Positions 27,888 to 37,856 are shown, counted from the first letter of the stretch. The stretch is 64,000 nucleotides of DNA from Candidatus Moranbacteria bacterium GW2011_GWC2_40_12 (GCA_000995965.1 LBYD01000002.1:71889-135888), one strand, 5' to 3'. Made by a program: numbers and translations. Notes: a model not told the origin generated them from the sequence alone.

Positions 27888-28405
27888 AACCCCAGCTCTT
27901 TTTCCAGAGCGGCGATTTGTATTTCAATAGCGTTTTTGGTTTGTGATGCGTCCGCAAGTTTGGCTTTTAAGTCAATCCATTTTCCGATCTTGTCGAGATG
28001 TTCGCGCAAATACGTGCCATCATCTTCTTTGTTTGCGATCGTACTAAGATTCTTCAGCAAATCAGCAAACTTCGGATATTTTTCGATGATTTTGCGAGCG
28101 TCTTCAATCGCGCATTCGGGCAATAAGTCCAGATCTACCACATGAACATACTTCCGGTACACATATCCGGTCAACGAAATGGAAATCATAAATGCGAAGG
28201 TTGCTGCGCCAGACATGGCAAGTGCAATGATCGTTGAATTTATCACGTCCCATCTCATTTTAAACCAAAATATTATTACACCCGGAATGATCAAGTCAAC
28301 CAGTATGGCTAATCCAGCTCCATATTCCAAGGCTGCTTTATGAATCTTTGGGTGCGCTAAGTACCACCGCGCCACTTTCCTTTGAAACGGAGTGAGTTTT
28401 TTCAT
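27884..28405 (-). CDS. hypothetical membrane protein with C-terminal coiled coil (second gene of operon)
   Basis: 173 aa with two TM helices, then a charged helical tail. 4-nt overlaps on both sides. Confidence 0.45.
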   Translation of the reverse strand: MKKLTPFQRKVARWYLAHPKIHKAALEYGAGLAILVDLIIPGVIIFWFKMRWDVINSTIIALAMSGAATFAFMISISLTGYVYRKYVHVVDLDLLPECAIEDARKIIEKYPKFADLLKNLSTIANKEDDGTYLREHLDKIGKWIDLKAKLADASQTKNAIEIQIAALEKELGL

Positions 28406-28698
28406 TGATTCCTCCTAATGATGCAGTTTAGATCCTCTACGAGCCCCTGCTGCTTCGTGAATATGACAAACCCTATCTCAAGCTTTTTCAGCTCCGCCAC
28501 CCAGGGGTAGAACTCAACCTTCATAAGATAAATCCGAACTCCGTTGTCAGTTATGGTCATACCATCATATAGCCATAGATTCTTTAGATCGGCGGATGAA
28601 ATATAGGCGACACGATCATTTTCTACTCCCCGCAAAACATTGTTTCCTAAAACAACCTCGTATAGGATTCTCGGGGCCATAGTGTCTCCTTTATTCAA
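28402..28698 (-). CDS. hypothetical protein (first gene of operon)
   Basis: 98 aa, probably soluble. Confidence 0.4.
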   Translation of the reverse strand: MNKGDTMAPRILYEVVLGNNVLRGVENDRVAYISSADLKNLWLYDGMTITDNGVRIYLMKVEFYPWVAELKKLEIGFVIFTKQQGLVEDLNCIIRRNQ

Positions 28699-28854
28699 TT
28701 GTTAAACAACAGCTCTTTATAGGTATATCCCGAATTATTGTCAATATAATTTACTATTTTTATGCAATTTATCGCTTTTATATCCGTATTAATTGATTAT
28801 TATTTTCTATTGTTGACAATTTTGTTGACAGCATAATTTGTTAATGATACTCTT

Positions 28855-28938
28855 TTGTCATCCCCGCGAAAGCGGGGATCCAGGGATTTTACACTTAACG
28901 ATATTCAACTGGATCCCGGATCAAGTCCGGGATGACAA
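28855..28938 (+). promoter_or_regulatory. multi-stem GC-rich structured element in the 5' leader of the TrmB-like regulator gene
   Basis: Outer 9-bp stem TTGTCATCC/GGATGACAA enclosing three hairpins (see finding 6 for the stem sequences). Preceded by tandem TTGACA boxes at 28818-28835. Confidence 0.5.
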
Positions 28939-29711
28939 AGCGAAAAAACAATGAAAAACCTATGACTCTCGAAAAACAGCTCGAACAACTTGGATTTCAC
29001 GAAAAGGAAGCGAAAGTCTATCTCGCCTGCCTTCAGCTCGGGCAGGATACAGCCTATCATATCGCCCAGAAGTGCGGCCTCAAACGCGCAACGGTCTATT
29101 TCACGCTCAATCTCCTCGTTGAACGGGGTCTCGTTTCCATTTGGAAAACAAAAAAAGCGACGCTATGGCGCGCCGCCAATCCCAAAAAGTTATTTACTCA
29201 AATTAAACGCAAAGAAGAAACGCTCACAGAGATATTTCCCCTGCTCCAGTCAATCTATAACTTCGACGAAGACCGGCCAAATATTCAAGTTTTCGAGGGG
29301 CAAGCGGGCGTCCGGCAAATTTATTCTGAAATTATTGACTATCTCGCCAAGGGAAAAGAAATCCTCTGCTGGGGAGACTTATCTCATGCTTGGAATCTTT
29401 TGGAAGATATCACCCACAAGTATCTCAAGCAGTCGCAAAACCGCCGCTACAAAATTCGGGAAATTCTGAATGATAGCGAGAAAAACAAAGAATATGTGAA
29501 ATTAATCCGAAAAAACAAAAATCCGAATCACAAAATTCGGTTTCTCGTGGATGATCAAATATTTTCCGGCAACGACAATGTTGTCTTCGGAGATAAACTT
29601 GTCATCTTTTCGACCCAAAACAAACTTTTCGCCACCGTCATCGAAAGCCAGGACATTGCCAGATCCTACAAAATCCTCTTCAACCTCGCCTGGCAGAATG
29701 CGGCAAGCTAA
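28932..29711 (+). CDS. TrmB-family transcriptional regulator
   Basis: N-terminal wHTH LEKQLEQLGFHEKEAKVYLACLQLGQDTAYHIAQKCGLKRATVY, typical of TrmB. The true start is probably the Met at 28962. Confidence 0.7.
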   Translation: MTKRKNNEKPMTLEKQLEQLGFHEKEAKVYLACLQLGQDTAYHIAQKCGLKRATVYFTLNLLVERGLVSIWKTKKATLWRAANPKKLFTQIKRKEETLTEIFPLLQSIYNFDEDRPNIQVFEGQAGVRQIYSEIIDYLAKGKEILCWGDLSHAWNLLEDITHKYLKQSQNRRYKIREILNDSEKNKEYVKLIRKNKNPNHKIRFLVDDQIFSGNDNVVFGDKLVIFSTQNKLFATVIESQDIARSYKILFNLAWQNAAS

Positions 29712-29793
29712 TCTCTTCCTAATCTCGTTGATTAGGAATCACATAGTTCAATATAATTACGAATAATCTTCACTACAACTAGTTGTAGTGAAA

Positions 29794-29841
29794 TAAAAAA
29801 AACACACCAGTAATCTAGTTTACTGGTGTGAATTATTTTTA
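29794..29841. terminator. bidirectional terminator (two adjacent perfect hairpins)
   Basis: A 20-bp palindrome CACTACAACTAGTTGTAGTG at 29771-29790. Then hairpin CACACCAG-...-CTGGTGTG flanked by A8 upstream and a T-rich run downstream. Confidence 0.6.
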
Positions 29842-29856
29842 CAAAAAAGCTGCGGC

Positions 29857-30318
29857 CTATTTCTTCAATTTCAGCCGATAGACATTCGTTTCCCGCGGCT
29901 TGAATTTGAGTTTTTGATAAAGTTTGTTCGCCGCGGCGCGCTTGGGATTGCTTGTAAGCTCAATACTAACTATTCCCTTTTTCTTTGCCCGTCCGATGAC
30001 ATGACTCATTATCTTTTTTCCAAGCCCTTTTCCCTGATGCTTCGGATGCACAACAACATCCTCAATTCGCGCCACTGTTTTGTCCATTACCTCCATAAGA
30101 TGCAAACTTGCCATACCAGAAACTTTTCCAGCAACCTCTATAACATGAATTTCCAGGAATGGATGGCCAACAAGTTTTTGAAGTCTTGTTATATTGATAC
30201 TTTTACCCTTTCCCGGCGAAAGCACCTCCAGCAACTCATTGATATCCTTCACAATATTTTCGGTGAATACAACCTCTCTTGTAAGCCGAAATATTTTTGA
30301 TTTACTTTTATTTTTCAT
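29857..30318 (-). CDS. GNAT-family N-acetyltransferase
   Basis: Motif A: VVVHPKHQGKGLGKKIM. Confidence 0.85.
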   Translation of the reverse strand: MKNKSKSKIFRLTREVVFTENIVKDINELLEVLSPGKGKSINITRLQKLVGHPFLEIHVIEVAGKVSGMASLHLMEVMDKTVARIEDVVVHPKHQGKGLGKKIMSHVIGRAKKKGIVSIELTSNPKRAAANKLYQKLKFKPRETNVYRLKLKK

Positions 30319-30328
30319 AGATTAATTA

Positions 30329-31306
30329 CTATACTGAAGCAATAAACTTGTCCAGCGCCAGTTCTATTTCGATTTTTCCTGTCTTGGCTCCAAAATCAAT
30401 CTCGCAGAGATCTTTGTACAGCTTCTTGAGCTGATCGAGTGAAAAATTCCTCCCTTGTTCGAGGCTTTTTCGGGCAACAAACGGATGGAGTTTCAACTTT
30501 TGGGCGATTTCGCGTTCGGAGACATTTTTTTCGGCGAGTGCTTTCACTTTTAAGAGATTTCGGAATTGATAAAAATACATCGAAAGAAGATAAAAAGGAT
30601 CTTCCCCGGCGCTCAAGTGGTTATGAAGAAGCCCCGCAGCTGTTTTTTTGTCCTGCCGCGCCAATGAATCAATTGTTTTGAAAATATCAGTATCAATTTT
30701 CGATTTCACGAGAAGATTAATGTCTTCTTCGGAAATTTCCCCCTTGCTCCTATATCCGACAAGTTTTTCAATTTCTTTCGAGAGAAGCGAGAGATTGTTC
30801 CCGACAAAAATTGAAAGCTTCTCCGTTACCTTTGGGCTGATAGAAACTTTGTCTTCCCCAATCGCCCGAATTTCCCCAATTATCCAATTTGTCAGTTTCG
30901 ATCCATCCAAGAGACCGAACTCCTGCTTTTTTGTTTTTTCAAGAAGAAATTTCGCCAGTTTCAATTTTTTGTCGATTCTTTCTTTTTCCCAGAAAACGAG
31001 AGTGAGGTCTTTTATTTCTCCTTTATCCGCCTTTTTCAGAAAATCGAGAAGCTCCAAGTCTTGCGCCGCTGTTTTGTTTTGAAGAATATTTTTCACAATT
31101 GCCAATTTCTTGTTTGAAAACAATCCTCCCGAAGAAAGTTTGATGATAAGATCGCTAATTTTTGCTCCTGGTTCAACAAAGTCAAAAACAAAAAGGGTGC
31201 CGCCCTCTTTGTATTTTTCGGTAAATTTGTTTTTTATTTCGGCAAGTTTCCGATTCGAACGAAATCCATCCTCGCCGTAAAGGAATATTATCATGATTCT
31301 CAACAT
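30329..31306 (-). CDS. holA: DNA polymerase III delta subunit
   Basis: N-terminal IIFLYGEDGF...KLAEIKNKF (delta N-domain) and a helical C-terminal half. Length 325 aa. Confidence 0.7.
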   Translation of the reverse strand: MLRIMIIFLYGEDGFRSNRKLAEIKNKFTEKYKEGGTLFVFDFVEPGAKISDLIIKLSSGGLFSNKKLAIVKNILQNKTAAQDLELLDFLKKADKGEIKDLTLVFWEKERIDKKLKLAKFLLEKTKKQEFGLLDGSKLTNWIIGEIRAIGEDKVSISPKVTEKLSIFVGNNLSLLSKEIEKLVGYRSKGEISEEDINLLVKSKIDTDIFKTIDSLARQDKKTAAGLLHNHLSAGEDPFYLLSMYFYQFRNLLKVKALAEKNVSEREIAQKLKLHPFVARKSLEQGRNFSLDQLKKLYKDLCEIDFGAKTGKIEIELALDKFIASV

Positions 31307-31336
31307 TCAATGTTAGGGTTCCCCCAGCATTGAATG

Positions 31337-32443
31337 TTATTGCACTTCCCACTTCAGCGCTTGACCTGGCTCCAATACCTCCACCCAAATCTGCCCCGGA
31401 ACAAACTTCACTTCCTGTCCGGATTCATCATACATAAAAAGCTTCGACGCCCATTTCGATTTGTCTTTTTTCCAGCGGCCTTTTGTCTCTTTTCCGTTGA
31501 AATAGTAGAACGCGTCACCCTCGCTCACGCTGTCAAATTGCGGGTCTCCAATTTGAACATTGTTGTATTGGCCTTCGATCTGTTCCGAAGAAGCAATAAC
31601 AACCGCTATATTTTTTGGTGCCAGCCTTTTTCCGTTATTGGCATCCGTATCAGCTACCTTATTCCAGAAACGAAGATAAGAGTTTGTGGCTTTGTCATAG
31701 TCATATTCAGCCGCGTACGGTCCGGCAAAACCCACCCGCAGATGTCCTCCATTCGGACGCTGATCCGCCGGCGCTTCCGCTTGATGAGCGTAACCGGAGA
31801 ATTTATTTTCCATGCGATAATTTCTGGCCTTAGCGCATTCCAGCAGTTTTTCAAACTTTGCAAAACCATTATCAGGAGCTGGAATTCCAGCTTTTCGAAA
31901 ACCGCATTCGGAGGCTTTATTTCCAAAGCTGCCGTTAAGGTCAAGGTTATCGATAACACCTTTGTTCAAAATGTCACCGGCAAAATGCGATCCGCCCCAA
32001 TGGGCAAAAATCGCGTCCCAGCCGGCGGCAAGAGCAATGTAGTCATGGCGTGAAGATCGTATTGATCCGACTTCCGGAGGATTGTTGCAGACATAAAGGC
32101 CTGTGAGCCGAGTGATGCTGGCTGTGATAGCCGGCATTTCCAGAACAAGGTCCGCATCCGAAAATCCGCTGTCAGGCCGCACCGAAAGGTCAGCCGCTTG
32201 CATCACTGCAATTGGCCGGCGATTCCAATTGTCGCACGGCAAATTCGTGAACGGGCTTACTTCTCCGGTATTAAGCGGCGCACCCATATCGACATCCCCT
32301 TTCATGGAGTCGAGATCCAAAGGTCCGGCTTTTCTTTTGCCAAACCAGCCAAGAAAATATCCAGCGATTATTATTATAACTACCAGCACGGCGACGCATA
32401 TGACTTTCGTCTTTGTGCTCATTTCTTTGATTCTGTCGAGCAT
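31337..32443 (-). CDS. DUF3048-domain lipoprotein-like protein (YerB-like)
   Basis: N-terminal TM/signal segment, then RPIAVMQ... and conserved Trp/Gly-rich segments of DUF3048. GC content is higher than the flanks. Confidence 0.55.
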   Translation of the reverse strand: MLDRIKEMSTKTKVICVAVLVVIIIIAGYFLGWFGKRKAGPLDLDSMKGDVDMGAPLNTGEVSPFTNLPCDNWNRRPIAVMQAADLSVRPDSGFSDADLVLEMPAITASITRLTGLYVCNNPPEVGSIRSSRHDYIALAAGWDAIFAHWGGSHFAGDILNKGVIDNLDLNGSFGNKASECGFRKAGIPAPDNGFAKFEKLLECAKARNYRMENKFSGYAHQAEAPADQRPNGGHLRVGFAGPYAAEYDYDKATNSYLRFWNKVADTDANNGKRLAPKNIAVVIASSEQIEGQYNNVQIGDPQFDSVSEGDAFYYFNGKETKGRWKKDKSKWASKLFMYDESGQEVKFVPGQIWVEVLEPGQALKWEVQ

Positions 32444-32572
32444 ATTTTTGGGAATTGAGAATTTAGAATCGAGAATTGTGAATGGGAATCAAGAACAAAG
32501 AACCCGGGATTCTAGATTCAATATTCCCATTCTAAGTTCAAAATTCGCAATTCTAAATTCTTTAAAGAGTTA

Positions 32573-33436
32573 TTATTTTTGGCAAGCGGGACAAAAAAAA
32601 GTCCCTCTCTGCCCCATTTTTTCCCTTAGGACTATTGTATCACATCTCGAACATCTTTTTCCAGCCCGGCGGTAGACTTTGAGTACCTCCTGAAATTTTC
32701 CCGGCGCGCCAGCTGTGTCACGATAATCGCTGTCCGATGTTCCTCGCAATTTTGTGGCTTTTTTAAGGATTTTTTTGATTGCATTGTATAGTTTTCGCCT
32801 TTCTTCTCCGCTCAATGTGTCGGCTGGCCGGCTTGGCAAAATTCCGGCCTCAAACAAAATTTCGCTTACATATATATTCCCTATCCCGGCGATTTTGCTT
32901 TGGTCCATAAGCAGCATCTTTATTTTTGTTTTCCGATTGTCCAGAATTTCATCGAGTTTATTCAGGGTGAACCCCTGACTCATCGCATCGACCCCCAAGC
33001 TTCCAATTTCTTTGATTTCATCAATTTTGTCAGTATCCGCCAAAATTATTTTCCCAAACTTCCGCAAATCAGAAAACTCGAGCGTCCGTCCGGACTTCAA
33101 AAAGAATACGTGATGAATATATTGATTTACTTTTTCATCAAAATAGTCTTTCTCCTTGACTTTGCGCTTTGAGCTTTGCGTTTTGCGCTTGACCAGCAAA
33201 TGCCCTGTCATCTTGAGATGTATGTATATCGTCTTCCCTCCCGACAAGTCTATAAATATATTTTTTCCGACCCTTTTTGCTGCTAATATTTCCCTGTCCT
33301 TTATCCCTTTCTTGAATTTATCCAACGGCATCTTCACCGATTTTTTCCAATCACTCCAAAAACCGATGACCGTGTCGCCTTTTATTTTTTGGTTTAGATC
33401 GTCAACAATTGTTTGAACTTCCGGTAATTCCGGCAT
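32573..33436 (-). CDS. mutM: formamidopyrimidine-DNA glycosylase (Fpg/MutM)
   Basis: Starts MPELPEVQT (catalytic Pro2/Glu3), has an H2TH region and a C-terminal zinc finger CSRCDTIV...CPACQK. Confidence 0.9.
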   Translation of the reverse strand: MPELPEVQTIVDDLNQKIKGDTVIGFWSDWKKSVKMPLDKFKKGIKDREILAAKRVGKNIFIDLSGGKTIYIHLKMTGHLLVKRKTQSSKRKVKEKDYFDEKVNQYIHHVFFLKSGRTLEFSDLRKFGKIILADTDKIDEIKEIGSLGVDAMSQGFTLNKLDEILDNRKTKIKMLLMDQSKIAGIGNIYVSEILFEAGILPSRPADTLSGEERRKLYNAIKKILKKATKLRGTSDSDYRDTAGAPGKFQEVLKVYRRAGKRCSRCDTIVLREKMGQRGTFFCPACQK

Positions 33437-33496
33437 ATTTATTGTTAAGTGTCTCGTCCGCATTCCTTTCCGGCCGAACGGACAGACCTCTAAAAA

Positions 33497-35152
33497 TTAA
33501 TTTGGGTATTTATCGATGGTGGCTTTATTTGCCTCATTTCTCTTGAGATATATCACCGCATAATCGTCGCCGTATATTTTCGCCCAGTCCGGATTTTCCT
33601 GAATGATTTTGGGAAGATTCATTCCCCAAGGAGTGATGTCATGCGAATAGAAAAACACCGCATTGAAATCATACACCCGATCAATTTTTTCGAAAATATC
33701 CGCGTTCTCCTGCATTGGTTTATACACTTCGCCAAAAAAGGAATCGGGATAGGCTTCCGGACGGTTATCCACAAAGACTTTTTCGCTTTTGGGAAGATAA
33801 AAAATGAGATATCCGCCAATGTCATAGTTGTTGAAAACCGGCCCTTGGATATTCTCTTTTCGGAAAAATTCGGCCGCTTGAGTCACTCCCGGCAAAAGCC
33901 CGGTTCCTATCTTTTCCGAGTGAAAACTCACATATTCGAAGTTGCACCAAAGGCCAACGACAGCCAATATAATATACAATACGGCAATGCCATTTTCTTT
34001 CGCGATATTTATTTCGCCTTTTTTTTGCCCGAAAACAGCTTGAAAATTATAAGCCAGAGCCGGAAGAGCGAAAAATCCAAGCAGCGTGAAATTTCGGATG
34101 GCCACCCAGCCCAAGACCCCAAAAAATATGGAAAATATAAAATAGACAAGCGATATTTTTTTGCGATTGACAAAAAAAAGCAGGACAAAGCTCAAGGCCA
34201 ACAAGATCAAAACGGATTTTATGAGGGAAAAATTCGGATTCATCACCCCGTAATTTTCAACAAAACGGACCGACTTGTTTTCCACAATCGTATAGCCATA
34301 ATTTTTGAAAATTTTGAGCGGATAGAGAAGGCCCCTGATCCCGAAAGGGTTCACCAGCGATGCCAGACAAGTGGAAAAAAGAACAATTGCCAAAATTTTT
34401 ATCTTTTTTATTTTTTTTGTAAATTCTTCGTCAGTCAATTTTTGAAAAATAATTTGCGCAATTTCAGAAAACCAAAAAGTCCCAATCAAAAATAATCCCA
34501 GAAAAAAATAGACATGGGAATTTACCCAGACAATCTGAAGAGGGATAAGAAAAAATAGCCCTCTCCAGTTCATTTTCCCCTCCGAGTATTTCCAGAGTAA
34601 AAAGAGAAATATTGCTGAGAAAATAACACTGAAGACTTCCGGCCGGATTTCCGTCCTTTCGGCCATTAGCGGCGCGAGAAAAAAAGCGAAAAGCGCGGCC
34701 AAGGTGAAATTTGATTCCCGGCTTGCTATCCGGAAAAAAACCGCAAATGCGGCCAGACTCAAAAGAATATAGAAAAGCGAGAGGCCGCTGAACCCGAAAA
34801 ATTTCCAAATATAATGAAATGCCACCCCGGATCCCCAGTGATGGTTCACGACCGGAAAATCCGGGTTTGTGAAGGAATAGTAATTTTCATGAAGGGGAGA
34901 ATTTTTTTCAAACAGATTGAAATCGTTTTCAACCACCCATCTCCCGTTCTCGAGATGCCGCCCTAAATCCGCCGTCGCGAGATTAATCTTCCTCGCATAC
35001 AAAAACCCGACCCAAAGAAGAAGGAAAATAAAAATCCCGATTTTTATAAAAAATTTCTTGTCTCCACCCATAAAAAAGAAAAATAACTTCTTGATAGCGG
35101 GTATACAGTATACTGGATAACCATAAACAGAAAAATTCGCAACTTTTCTCAA
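33497..35152 (-). CDS. polytopic membrane protein, GT-C-fold glycosyltransferase-like (YfhO/ArnT-like)
   Basis: 551 aa, at least 12 TM helices in the N-terminal two-thirds and a soluble C-terminal domain. Confidence 0.4.
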   Translation of the reverse strand: MRKVANFSVYGYPVYCIPAIKKLFFFFMGGDKKFFIKIGIFIFLLLWVGFLYARKINLATADLGRHLENGRWVVENDFNLFEKNSPLHENYYSFTNPDFPVVNHHWGSGVAFHYIWKFFGFSGLSLFYILLSLAAFAVFFRIASRESNFTLAALFAFFLAPLMAERTEIRPEVFSVIFSAIFLFLLWKYSEGKMNWRGLFFLIPLQIVWVNSHVYFFLGLFLIGTFWFSEIAQIIFQKLTDEEFTKKIKKIKILAIVLFSTCLASLVNPFGIRGLLYPLKIFKNYGYTIVENKSVRFVENYGVMNPNFSLIKSVLILLALSFVLLFFVNRKKISLVYFIFSIFFGVLGWVAIRNFTLLGFFALPALAYNFQAVFGQKKGEINIAKENGIAVLYIILAVVGLWCNFEYVSFHSEKIGTGLLPGVTQAAEFFRKENIQGPVFNNYDIGGYLIFYLPKSEKVFVDNRPEAYPDSFFGEVYKPMQENADIFEKIDRVYDFNAVFFYSHDITPWGMNLPKIIQENPDWAKIYGDDYAVIYLKRNEANKATIDKYPN

Positions 35153-35198
35153 GGATATTGGCGTAATTTTCTGTTTTTTTTCTGCTGATCTGCAGCCT

Positions 35199-37856
35199 TT
35201 ATACTTCTCCCCAATTGTCTCCGACCTTCACATCCGCGATTAGCGGAACGGAAAGTTTGTAGACACTTTCCATCGCCGACTTGATATCTTTCGCGAATCT
35301 TTTGGATTCTTTTTCCGGAACTTCGAATAAAAGTTCATCGTGGATCTGGAGAATCATCCTCGACGCGGGATATTTTTCCGCAATCAGTTTGTCAGCCTCA
35401 ATCATAGCCAGTTTGATGATGTCAGCCGCCAGGCCCTGGATGGGCATATTCACCGCCATTCTCTCGGCTTGGTTTCGAAGCTGAATATTTGAGGAATTTA
35501 TTTCCGGGATATAGCGCCTTCTTCCTAATTCCGTTTCGACAAAACCATTTTCCCGCGCCAAAATTTTCACCTCATCCAGAAACTGGGCAACTTGGGGATA
35601 GTTGGAAAAATATTTTCGGATAAATTCTTTTGCTTCTTCCTGCGAAACTCCCGCCGATTGCGAAAACCCGAAAGTGCTCATTCCGTAGATGATTCCGAAA
35701 TTCAGAGCTTTCGCGGAGCGGCGCATCTTGTCGGTTACTTTATCGATTTCAACCTTGCCAATTCTCGCAGCCGTGGCCGTGTGGATATCTTCCTTGTTTA
35801 AAAATGTAGTAATCATTCTCACGTCTCCGGATAGATGAGCCGCGATGCGCAGTTCAATCTGTGAATAATCGGCGCTCACCAATCGATAACCCTCTTCGGC
35901 TTCGAAAGCAGTGCGGATAATTTGGCCGAGATCGGTCCGAATGGGAATATTCTGAAGGTTCGGCTCCGAGGAAGAAAGCCGGCCGGTCGCCGTCACCGCC
36001 TGATTGAATGTGGTATGAATTCTTGAAGCGCTGTCCGTCATTTTCGGCAAAGTATCAAGGTAGGTGGTTTTCAACTTGAAGAGCTCCCGATATTCTTCGA
36101 TTTTTTCAACGACCGGATGAAGTGTTTTTATTTTTTGAAGTTCAGGTGAAGCCGTTGAAAAACCGGTTTTTCCTTTTTTGATGTCTTTTGTCGGTATCTT
36201 CAGGTTCTCAAAAAGAACCTCCCGGAGCTGGACGGAGGAGTTGACGTTGAAATCTTCACCTGCCACTTTTTGAATTTCTTTTTCCAGTTTCTTGACTCGC
36301 TGGTCAAGTTTGGCCGATATGCCCCTGAGAACGGTCTTGTTTATTCTTATCCCGACTTTTTCCATTCTTGACAAAATTTCCGCAAGCGGCATTTCCAACC
36401 TTTCGAAAAGTTCTTTTAGTGTTTTTTCCTTGCCCTCGGAAATTTGCTGCCGGCTGATTTCTTCAAGTTTTTTCCCGAGCTTTTCCTTGAGAGCGAAATT
36501 ATATGCCGTTTTTTTGCATATCTTTTCAATCTGCCCTTCATCCTCTTGAAAAACAAGGGAGGCCTGCCCTGTTTTTTTATTATCTTTTGGAACCATTATT
36601 CCGAGCTCCTGCATCGCGAGATCTTCCCAAGTGAGATTTGACCCTGAGCTCAAAAGATAGGCCGCGAGCTGGACGTCAAAAGAAATTCCCCGCAAATTTA
36701 TTCCTGCCTTGTCAAAAATATGCCATTCCCTTTTGAGATCGAAGCCGATTTTTTCAATTTTTTCATTTTCCAGAATTCTTTTGAGACTCTCGCTGATTCT
36801 CGGTATGTAATTGGAAGAGCGGGAATCTCCGCTTATCGCAATACCTCGGCTGTCTGTAGCGATTGAAATTATTTTGGGTGTTTCTCCAAGCTCAAAGGCT
36901 TCAATTTTTTTCCATTCGACTTTTCCCGTCTCTTCCGGGCCAACAGAATCATTTTTCTGCAGATTTTTCATATGATCTTCATAACCCGGCAGGCGGCGAA
37001 GAAGCGAGAAAAACTCAAGCTCCCGCATGAGGTTGATGACCTCGACACGGCTGAAATCTTCAGCAAGGCACTTTTCAATGTCAAAATCAACCGGTACATT
37101 TTCAACGAGACGCGCCAAGCGTTTGCTAAAAAATGCCTGGAGCTTGTCTTTTTCCAATTTTTTTCGGATCCCTTCTCTTATATTGGGAAGATTTTTATAA
37201 ACTTCTTCGATAGTATTGTATTTTTTTAGAAGTTCGGTGGCCGTTTTTTCTCCAACTCCGCGGACACCCGGAAGATTGTCCGAAGGATCCCCCCGAAGCC
37301 CCTTGTAGTCAATCATCTGGTCGGGCTTAAGACCGTACCGCTCAAAAATTTCTTTTTCGCCATAAAGAACGGAGTCGCTCATCCCTTTCCGAAGAGCGAA
37401 AACTTTCACTTTGTCGTCAACGAGTTGCAGCGTATCCAGGTCTCCGGTCACAATAATCACTTCTACGTCCGGATGGATTTTTTCCGTTTTTCGGGCGAAG
37501 GTGGCAATAAGGTCATCGGCTTCATATCCTTTTTTTTCCACAACAGGAATATTGAATGCCTCGACAATTTTTTTCACTAGTGGAATTTGCTCATAGAGGT
37601 CATCCGGGGCCTTCACCCTGGTCGCCTTATAGCTCTTGAACTCTTTGTGCCGGAAGGTCGGCTCCTTGAGATCAAAAGTCGCCGCGATGTAATCGGGCTT
37701 GAAGCGGTTGAGGACATTGAGCAGGACGGAAGTGAACCCATAAACCGCGTTCACGATTTCCCCCTTTCTTGTGGTCAGCGGAGGAAGAGCGTGGTAAGCG
37801 CGGTGAATGATGGCGTTGGAGTCGATGAGGATAAACTTTTTTTTTGGAGATGGCAT
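35199..37856 (-). CDS. polA: DNA polymerase I
   Basis: 885 aa with a 5'-3' exonuclease domain (LIDSNAIIHRAYHAL), a 3'-5' exo-like middle and polymerase motifs (DYSQIELRI, QIHDELLFEV). Confidence 0.95.
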   Translation of the reverse strand: MPSPKKKFILIDSNAIIHRAYHALPPLTTRKGEIVNAVYGFTSVLLNVLNRFKPDYIAATFDLKEPTFRHKEFKSYKATRVKAPDDLYEQIPLVKKIVEAFNIPVVEKKGYEADDLIATFARKTEKIHPDVEVIIVTGDLDTLQLVDDKVKVFALRKGMSDSVLYGEKEIFERYGLKPDQMIDYKGLRGDPSDNLPGVRGVGEKTATELLKKYNTIEEVYKNLPNIREGIRKKLEKDKLQAFFSKRLARLVENVPVDFDIEKCLAEDFSRVEVINLMRELEFFSLLRRLPGYEDHMKNLQKNDSVGPEETGKVEWKKIEAFELGETPKIISIATDSRGIAISGDSRSSNYIPRISESLKRILENEKIEKIGFDLKREWHIFDKAGINLRGISFDVQLAAYLLSSGSNLTWEDLAMQELGIMVPKDNKKTGQASLVFQEDEGQIEKICKKTAYNFALKEKLGKKLEEISRQQISEGKEKTLKELFERLEMPLAEILSRMEKVGIRINKTVLRGISAKLDQRVKKLEKEIQKVAGEDFNVNSSVQLREVLFENLKIPTKDIKKGKTGFSTASPELQKIKTLHPVVEKIEEYRELFKLKTTYLDTLPKMTDSASRIHTTFNQAVTATGRLSSSEPNLQNIPIRTDLGQIIRTAFEAEEGYRLVSADYSQIELRIAAHLSGDVRMITTFLNKEDIHTATAARIGKVEIDKVTDKMRRSAKALNFGIIYGMSTFGFSQSAGVSQEEAKEFIRKYFSNYPQVAQFLDEVKILARENGFVETELGRRRYIPEINSSNIQLRNQAERMAVNMPIQGLAADIIKLAMIEADKLIAEKYPASRMILQIHDELLFEVPEKESKRFAKDIKSAMESVYKLSVPLIADVKVGDNWGEV

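Noticed and set aside
31334-32053. 239-aa plus-strand ORF
   Set aside because: Antisense to the DUF3048 gene. The GC-richer segment inflates random ORF length.
33641-34495. 284-aa plus-strand ORF
   Set aside because: Antisense to the 12-TM GT-C-like membrane protein gene.
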